Shown here: positions 48,955 through 57,034 of the stretch, one piece after another
Layout: each line of letters begins with the position of its first letter
Position numbering within the stretch: the stretch's first letter is position 1
NCBI GenBank assembly: GCA_010356995.1
Contig: ML996698.1
Location: forward strand, 803,923-867,922
Length of the DNA: 64,000 bases
Source: Trichodelitschia bisporula
Taxonomy: Eukaryota
Direction: 5' to 3'
Notes under the pieces: generated by a model
Databases searched by the model: none
What the model saw: the letters and a program-made list of their open reading frames with translations, nothing else
Told to the model about the DNA's origin: nothing
Made by a program: the position numbers and the translations under genes

Positions 48955-50145
48955 GACGGATTGTGAAGGTGAAAACGACGGAAGCAGTTCGCAAGAGGAT
49001 CGCAAGTCAGGCTGAGGCGGTCGTCGACCTTTTCTCTATTTCCCAGCACAAGAGAGGCCACGGATTCTTCTTTCTTGCAAGATCGACAACCCCGCTACTG
49101 GCCGTCTGCCATAGTGAGCACAGCCTGGTAAATGCAGCCCAAGCTACCAGATTAGAAACCTGCAGACGTGCATAGCCCAGCCCGAGTCCGACACAGTGCA
49201 AGACACGCAGGGAAAAGTGCCTCGAACAGGAAATGTCGATGGGAATTAGGCAGGATTTAGAGCATAAGCAGCCTGACGCAGGTCAGGTTCGCATATCGGG
49301 TTGCAGGGTGGCGGCCTGGCGCAATTGTCAGTGTGGCGCTTGAAGTCCAAGTTCTTGCTTGGTTGAGATAGCCTTCCCACCCCTGCTCGATAAGCGTACC
49401 CGACGGCCCGACCTACAGAGCCACCACACTGTTCAAGGCCGAACTCTTGTCTGAAGACCGGCTCGAAGCCATGCCGCGCGTTCAACATCCTCCTCGCTTC
49501 AGAGGCCTCGAGGTAAGCCTGTCAGAGCCACACCCGGCCGCGCACCAAACAGCCGTTACCGCACGACTACCTCAAGAGGTATGTCTGCTGTCACTCGAAA
49601 AATGCCCCACATATTGAAAATAACGCTCTGCGCCCCATTCGATATCCTGGACCTGCACGGTCGCTTACTTTCCCTGTTGCAGGGAAGAATCACTACCGGA
49701 TGCATCGTGCAGTAAGGCTGTGGATGCACGGGGCATGGATGGGCTTCGCCACCGCAGATGTCATTGGGCGAGATGAAGTGCGGTGCGAAAGCCGCTGCCG
49801 CGCGCGCGGTGTCGCTCTTCGGCTTTTAAACGCGAGCCTCGATGGAAATAGGGTTGCGGCGTCATGACCGAGAACTTATGGTGTGGGTGGTTTGTGGGAG
49901 GGAGTGCTGGATGAATGTTCGGGAGGAAGTGGAGATTCCGGTCGGGGACTGGAAAAAGAATATGCCGGAGGCTGAGGAGCGCCACAGCTAAGCCGAAGTG
50001 AAAGTTCAACAGGACACGGCTAGAACAGGCCTCTGATCAGCAGTGATTTTCATAGGCTTCGAGGAACCACTGGCCATGAGCTGAGCCATCAAATCGATAG
50101 CGTATCGCCTATTCAGCATTGCAGTTAGTTGGTCTTCCATACATG

Positions 50146-50359
50146 GAATGGGAGAAAGGGCTCATTACGTACGAAGGCAACTGTAAAACTGAAGATGAAG
50201 GTAAAGAGAAAGGGAGGAAGAGAGTCAGAGACTCTCGAGACTTAAATACGCGATGCCAAGTGCCCTCCTTTGCTCTTTCCTTCAACCACGCGCTCATGAC
50301 ATCACGTCTCTCAGGATGCTCCTTCCTGGCATAGCAACGCTCCTTCCATCGCAACATCA
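50146..50359 (-). mobile_element. Solo LTR (family 1), degenerate at one end, inside the receptor array
   Basis: Aligns with 39826-40028 (ATGGGAG-AAGGGCTC-TTA, ACTGAAGAT, AGAGACTCTCGAGACTTAAAT, GATGCCAAGT, CTCCTTTGCTC); ends CATCA at 50359; no TSD seen. Confidence 0.8.
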
Positions 50360-50581
50360 GAAGTCCAGACCTGGGTGTGATGTGAATATGGGGCAGGAGC
50401 ATTGCTACTCAGGGGGAGCACGGAAGGATACTTGGCAACACATGCTTGGTCTTGAGCGTCTCCGCCGCTCAGCTTCTCCTCTTCCCTCTCTTTCATTTAT
50501 ACTTTCACTCCGCACTCATTGCCATTGCACGTGCCGGAGATTCGTTCCCATCAGTGTAACTGTACAGGTTGAGTCCCGACT

Positions 50582-52034
50582 TCATGTCGGAGCACCCCTG
50601 GGCCTCCTCTCCCCCCCCTCTGCCTCCTCCCCCTCAGGCCCTTCCCCCTCCAGCCGCTCTCGCTCCTCCCACTCCGGCCCTTCCCCCTCCGACCCCTCTC
50701 GCCCGCCCCCCTCCGGCCCCTCCCCCTCCGACCCCTCGCTGTGAAGCAAAGCATGCGAGCGCGCAGACGGCTCCGCATGCGCAGAGCTAGGCAACAGCAT
50801 TATCCTACCCTCAAGCGGCGTAGCCGCGAGTTCGGGTCTCACCCCATCGGACTGCGCGTCCAGCTCGTAGCTTACCTCCGCGTGCAGAGCATCCAGCTCG
50901 TATCGCGGGGCCGCAGGTACGGTGGCCATTTCCTGGATCCCGGGGTAGGCGCCTTCGAACGTCTTCTTCAATTCTTGATCTTCTAGTTTGCATTAGCCAA
51001 GCCACCCTTGAAAAGGGAGGAAACCTGCCTGAGGGTACCAGCCGCCTTCGCCGCCGTACGAGAAATATTATTATGCCGGTGATGAGCCCGAGTACCGTAA
51101 GTCCGCCGACTATGCCGCCGACCAGGGCACCGGTGTTGATACCGGAGTGAGGGACCGGCGCGCGGGGAAAGCTCACGCTGCTGTTCGCGGAGCCTGTAGC
51201 CGTAGAAAGCCAGTCCATGACGGCTTGGTCGGTCGTTTTCCAGCGGATGGATACAGGGGTCGCGCAAAATAGTATCGGCTCCGTGCCAGTTATTGAGAAG
51301 TATGTGTCCGAGTACAGCGGGACGCTGCTTGGCATAGGGGTATAATAGTAATGAGAGACTACTGAGTAACTCCATGAGATTTTTGATGAAGTAGGGCCGG
51401 GCGTGGGTTCGGGATAGTTGAAAGAGGAGTATCAGGCGGAGGTACTGCTAAGGTGGGTGTCGGGTAGGAGGGTATAGCCACTATAGGGTTAGGGGCGCTG
51501 TTGCGACGGGTGTATGGGATGGATAGGGACCTACCTTGGACAGCAAAAGGCTCGGGTTTCGGAAGAAGCGCCGTTGAACACTGGCAGCACGCTCGATTCG
51601 CGAATCCCATACCCGTTCGGGCAGATGCCGGGTGAGTAGTATGCGACGGAGAGATAGCCCGGTGGGCAGCAGGACGAAGTGGTGCCGACGAGGAGGACGG
51701 ATATGGGCTGGTTCTTCCCGTTGATGAGGTACTCTGTCGCACATCGTGAGGGGGGGATGAAATGTGTTGTTATCGGCGCGACCGTGCTTGAGAATCCTAG
51801 AGTAGTGGTCGGAGATGGTTCTAAGTGATCCCCTGCTATGCCCCAGATGCCGGTCACAGTATGGTAGGTGAAGTTGGCATCGAATTCGGCGCGGCCGGGG
51901 TTGAGATTCAATATCGAGGATATATAGGGCTGCCCCGCGGTTGGGAGAGTGGTGGTGAAGGCGGCGGTGGTATCATCAGCTCGAACCTCTACGACGAACG
52001 CGAGAAATCCAAGGACTTGAGCCAGTACGACCAT
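50582..52034 (-). pseudogene. Array copy F (single nonsense TGC>TGA at 51432-51434; otherwise open; GC-AG intron 50983-51028)
   Basis: N-terminus nearly identical to copy G; exon 2 reads SSTSA*YSS where G has SSFACYSS; TM GALVGGIVGGLTVLGLITGIIIFLV-RRRRR; tail YPGIQEM..RYELDAL..SYELDAQ..PELAAT with an expanded EG(S/P)EG repeat. Confidence 0.85.
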
Positions 52035-53555
52035 GGCGGAGAGCGGGTGTGAAAAACGGAGGAAGCAGTTCGCAAGAGGAGCGTCCATCAGGCTGAGGCG
52101 GGCGTCTGTCTTTTAGCTCGTTCCCAGCGCACGCGGCGGGGGCAAAAAAAGCCATACGCACGGGTAGTACACCGGAGCTTAATAAGTGCCACATGGCTCA
52201 ATTGGGAACGATGCAGTCGGATGAAGCGGGTCTCATCCCTACTATGTCACTCCATCTGCTCCTCTTACCGTCCAAGGACTGAGCGAAAAAGTGAAGACCA
52301 CTCCCCCCGCTTCACTGGCCGTATGCCTCACCAAAAGCCGCCGGGGGGGAGTCTTCACTTTTTCGCTCAGCCCTTAGTTCCCTTGGTCCCTCTTCCGTCC
52401 ATAGGCCCTTTCTGAATTCTCCAATTTCGCGCCCGCATGGTAGTGCGGCTCACCAACGTGCGCTACTCGGTACAGTCGCCACTCAGCCTCGCCGTTCTAC
52501 ACTAAGCCCCCGTAAAAGCGTGAAAGTAAGAGATTATGAAGAAGACTATGAAAAGAAAATAGAGAGGCGCAACGCCGGATAAAATATATGCGATGATCTA
52601 TGTGTACTTTCCTTCCGTCATGCGCACCTTCCCGACTAACATGCTCCGGTGCAGCTCTTCCCTTGAAGGGCCGCGGAGAGCTCCTGGAGCCTCGTATTGC
52701 GAGTGCTGGCCCGACGTAATGCTAAATAGGTTGTGCTGGGCTGGATGTCTCCAAGCCGGTTGCTGGCAGTTGCCAGCTGTTGATGACTTGATGTTCCGGC
52801 TCGTCGCCGAACCCTCCGCGCGTGGCGCTGCCTTTCTCCACGATACACCCGTAAAAGTGGAGCTTCCCGCAAAGCTTGGCCTAACCTACTGACGGGGGGC
52901 TGAGGTACTCGTACAAGTTGCATACTAGAACTCTGAATTGATTGTGAGAAGCCGGAGAGATCTAAGCAATGTATCTACGTGTGAGTGTGGTACGTGCAAC
53001 GGGCCATCGCACGCGCAATGTCACGTGACTCTCATGGCTGAGTGTCCTCGCAATGAGCAGCAACCCCACGATAGAGTATCGGCTGACAGACGTCCCCATG
53101 GCCCCTTCGTCACTCGAGTAATGAAAGCCAGCTCATCTCCGCTTATCGACCGCCGTCTGCGATGGGGTGACGCGATGCCAAGATCTCAGGGTCTACATCA
53201 TAGATCTCCGAGCTCTCACTCTCTCTCCTTCATCATCAAGTCATTCATTCTCTCTCCATGCAGCCCTCGTGCCGTGACCGTAAGGCTGTTGATCCCACTA
53301 ATGTCTAGTAGCACACCAACGCTGCAGCGACGCGAGCCTCCACTCTGCCTCCCCAAACATGAACCGCTAAGTCACTCTCGTCCGGAGTTGATGGCCTTGC
53401 ATACCACCTGCTAACGTCCGCGATTGAGTTTGCTCCGCAACAGTGACGTAGGTGACCCACAAACCCGCATCCGTGATGGTCGCAGCGCCGCGCCTTCTGC
53501 GAAGATTACTGGCACACACCCAATATATTGTACAACCGAGATACCAGCGGCACTC

Positions 53556-54858
53556 TCAATTCGGCGCATCCCTCGACCTCTCACCCTCCACTTCCAGCGT
53601 ATCCCTTGCCAGCGAAGAATACGACCGCGAATCCAGCACGTGGTGCGAATACCCAGTGGTCAGCATCGGCGTGCCCTCCTGCTGCTGAGCCGCAAGCTCG
53701 CGGGCGGGCTGCTGCGCGTCGAGCTCATATTCTATGAACGGCTGGTCGGAGTATGTTCCCTGGACCCCGTGGTTAGGGTTCGGGGTCGGGGACGCATGCT
53801 TAAGCTCTGGGTCTCCTACTCGGCATTAGACAAGACGGCTTCGACGTGGGGAGAAACGAACCAGATGGTACCGGGCGTCCGCGGTACCGGACGCAGAACA
53901 CGATCGCGCCTGCGATGATGAGCCCAAGCAGCGCGAGTCCGCCGATTATGCTGCCGGCGAGGGCGCCGGGGCTAAGGCTGGCGGTGCGCGTGTGGTTCGA
54001 CCTGCTATTCGCTGAGGCCGTGGCCGTTGTAAGCCATTTCATGACGGCTTGGTCGGTCGTTTGCCAGCGTATGGATACAGGGGTCGCGAAAAATATCAAC
54101 TCGTCCGTTCCAGTTATTGACGTGGGTGTGTCCGAGTACAGCGGGCCGTGGCTTGGGAAAGGGGTATGATATTCACGAGAGATTACTGTGAGCTGCCATG
54201 GGCTTTTTGATAAAGCGGACTCGGACGTGGGTTCGGGAAAGTTGAGAGAGGAGTAGCAGGCGAAGGAACTGCGAATTGCGGGGTCGGGTTGGAGGGTGTA
54301 GCCACTATAGGGTTAGGGGCGCTGTTACGACGGGTGTATGGGATGGATGGGGACGTACGTTGGACAGCAAAAGGCTTGGGTTTCGGTGGAAGGGCTATTA
54401 AGCACTGACAGCACGCTCAATTCGCGTATCGTGTACCCGTTCGGGCAGATGCCGGGCGAGTAGTATGAAACGGAGAGGTAGCCCGGTGGGTAGCAGGACG
54501 AAGTGCAGCCGACGAAGAGGATGGTTAAGACCTGGGCCCCCCCGTAAATGATGTACTCTGACGCACATCGTGAGGGGGGGGTGAATTTTGTTTCTAGCGG
54601 CGCGACGGTGATTGAGAATCCTAGGGTAGTGGTCGGAGATGGTTCTAAGTGATCCCCTGCTATGCCCCAGGTGCCGGCCACAGTATGGTAGGTGAAGTTG
54701 GCATCGAATTCGGCGTGGCCGGCGTTGAGATTCAATATCGAGGATGTATAGGACTGCCCCGCGGTTGGGAGAGTGGTGGTGGAGGCGGCGGTGGTATAAT
54801 CAGCTCGAACCTCTACGACGAACGCGAGAAATCCAAGGACTTGAGCCAGTACGACCAT
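53556..54858 (-). CDS. Array copy G (intact; introns ~54305-54358 and 53816-53861)
   Basis: Signal MVVLAQVLGFLAFVVEVRA, 6-Cys domain, ATPVSIRWQTTDQAVMKWL, TM GALAGSIIGGLALLGLIIAGAIVFCV-RYRGR, tail EYELDAQQPARELAAQQQEGTPML, stop TGA at 53556-53558. Confidence 0.88.
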
Positions 54859-57034
54859 GGCGGAGACCGGGTGTGAAAAACGGGGGAAGCAGTTCGCAAG
54901 AGGAGCGTCCATCAGGCTGAAGAGGCCATCCGTCCTTTATCCATTCCTCAGCGCGGGCGGCCTTTTCGCAGGGTTAACGACTGGTCCTGGCCAATGCAGG
55001 CCAATACTTGTACTACTCAGAAACCTGCAGATGCGCACCAGCCAACCAATACCCAGCATAGGGCCCGACACACGCACCTGACATGCACGGTATAGAGCCT
55101 GTAACGGGAAACGCCAATTGGAACCGGGCAATACGTGGAGATGAGGCTTGTGGCTGGTCCAGATTCGCATATTGGTATTGAAGGGTCACTACCTGATCGA
55201 ACCGTTAGTTCGAGTATGGCCACGGAAGGCCCTGTTCTTGCCTTGTTGAGATGGCTCCACGCTATGGAGTAAGCGTTCCCGACGGCCCGACCCAGGATCA
55301 GGGCCCTACCCGGGCGCGAAAGGACGAGGTAACATTCGAGTAGGCACGACGCGTTCACCCTACGGAGCGTGGCTGCCGCAGTACTTTTCTCTGGGAGCTT
55401 CGTGCATATGCAGCTGAGGCTCTGCGCCCCCATTCGATGCTCCGCATCTGCACTGTCTCTAATTTCCGTTGTGGCAGGGAGAATTCCTGCCGTACTACAG
55501 TACCGCACGCGTCGTGCAGTAAGGCTGTGCATGCACGGGCCGGGGTAGGCTTCGGCGCAGCAGATGCATTTGGGCGAGATGCCGTATAACCTGAGTCCGG
55601 AAGGCGCTGCTGGGTTCGCGGGGTTTTCATCGGCTTTTAAAGGTGGGTTTGAGATTGGGAATGGGATGAGAATAGCATAGGCTGAGAAGAATACGGGTAT
55701 GGGTGGTTTGGAGGAGAGATTGCGGGTGAGGGTGAGGAGGGAAGTGGTTGGGAGTGGAGACTTGGGTCGGAGATCCGGAAAGAGAATGTGCCGGAGACTG
55801 AGTTGCGCCACCGAGCTTGATTGAGTGGCATGCAGGCTGACGCAGAAGAGCCCCATGCACAGTGGGCTATTCTTCCCTTCGCAGCCTTGCGGTCGGTTTG
55901 CGTGTCAAGATAAGAGTGGAGAAGATGAATGGTGTTGATTTAGACTCGTTTTGATTGAGATGGAAATTTGAGATAGGTATGATTGCGTTGGAACTGTCTG
56001 GATGTGATACGGCTTGCCGGTATACTCCTCAATACCTGAGCGAAGAAGGGAGTAAAATGGAGCAAGGCTGGACAAGTTCTCTGATGAGCAGTGATTTGCA
56101 CAGGCTTCGGGACCAATGCCTGTACTATCCAATCAATGGATGGCTCTTCGGCGTGGCAGTAAGGCAAATTACTCCACACATCACACTCCACACTCCATCC
56201 TTCGTTCCGCTTTCCAACCGTTCCTGTGTACCTCCGTATCCGTCAACTGCTGTATTACCATCAGTCTCGAACATTCCCCGCGCATCGCTTCAGATGCCAC
56301 TACGGATGTAAATATCCTCTTCCGAATTCCGCACCAGCAACCGACAATAATCAGAGCAGGAAACGGACCAACTCGGAGAGGCCATGCGGAGAGCGAAAAC
56401 CCGAGTAAACCCTAACCGCCCCTCTCCCATCCATCAACCTTCTCAACAGATTCCGCACTATTTCGTCAGCCGTGAGATTGCAGCATGGTAGATACCCCAC
56501 ATACTCGCCACCCTCAGCCTCGCCGCTCCACCAAGCCACAAGCCTTCCCCGCAAAACGCGGTCGGCCCTAGTCCTAAACAGGCTTGGTGCCCGTCCCACC
56601 ACACCTCAACCAAACCTAACCAAACCCTCCGCCGATCCCCCCCCCCGGGTCCCATCCACGCTATCAGCGTTTCGTTTCCCTCGAACACACAGCCCTACCC
56701 GCGAACCCCGTCCCAATGGGCCCCAATCTGTCCCACGCACGTCGCGCAACCGCCATTCGCCAGACCGCACTGTACGCCAAACGCGCGAAACGCAGCAAGG
56801 CCAGTTCGCTGCGGGTGGTAGATACGCTGCCGTGAATCGCAGCGGGCCGGTGTTTTGATGACCATGTAGGCGGAGGGCTCGTCTCCGGTGCACCGTGCGT
56901 GGGAGATCAATCTGGGGATGGGGGCGTTAGGGCCGTGGGCGGAGAGGGGGATATAGTACGGACGGTGGGCGGGGCGGCGGGTCTACGTTTCTTCGTCTTT
57001 TGCGAATGTGAATTGTGATTAACGAACGACGCGG

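Noticed and set aside
24400..56500. Starship or other giant mobile element carrying the accessory region
   Set aside because: No DUF3435 tyrosine-recombinase captain or element boundaries are visible in the window.
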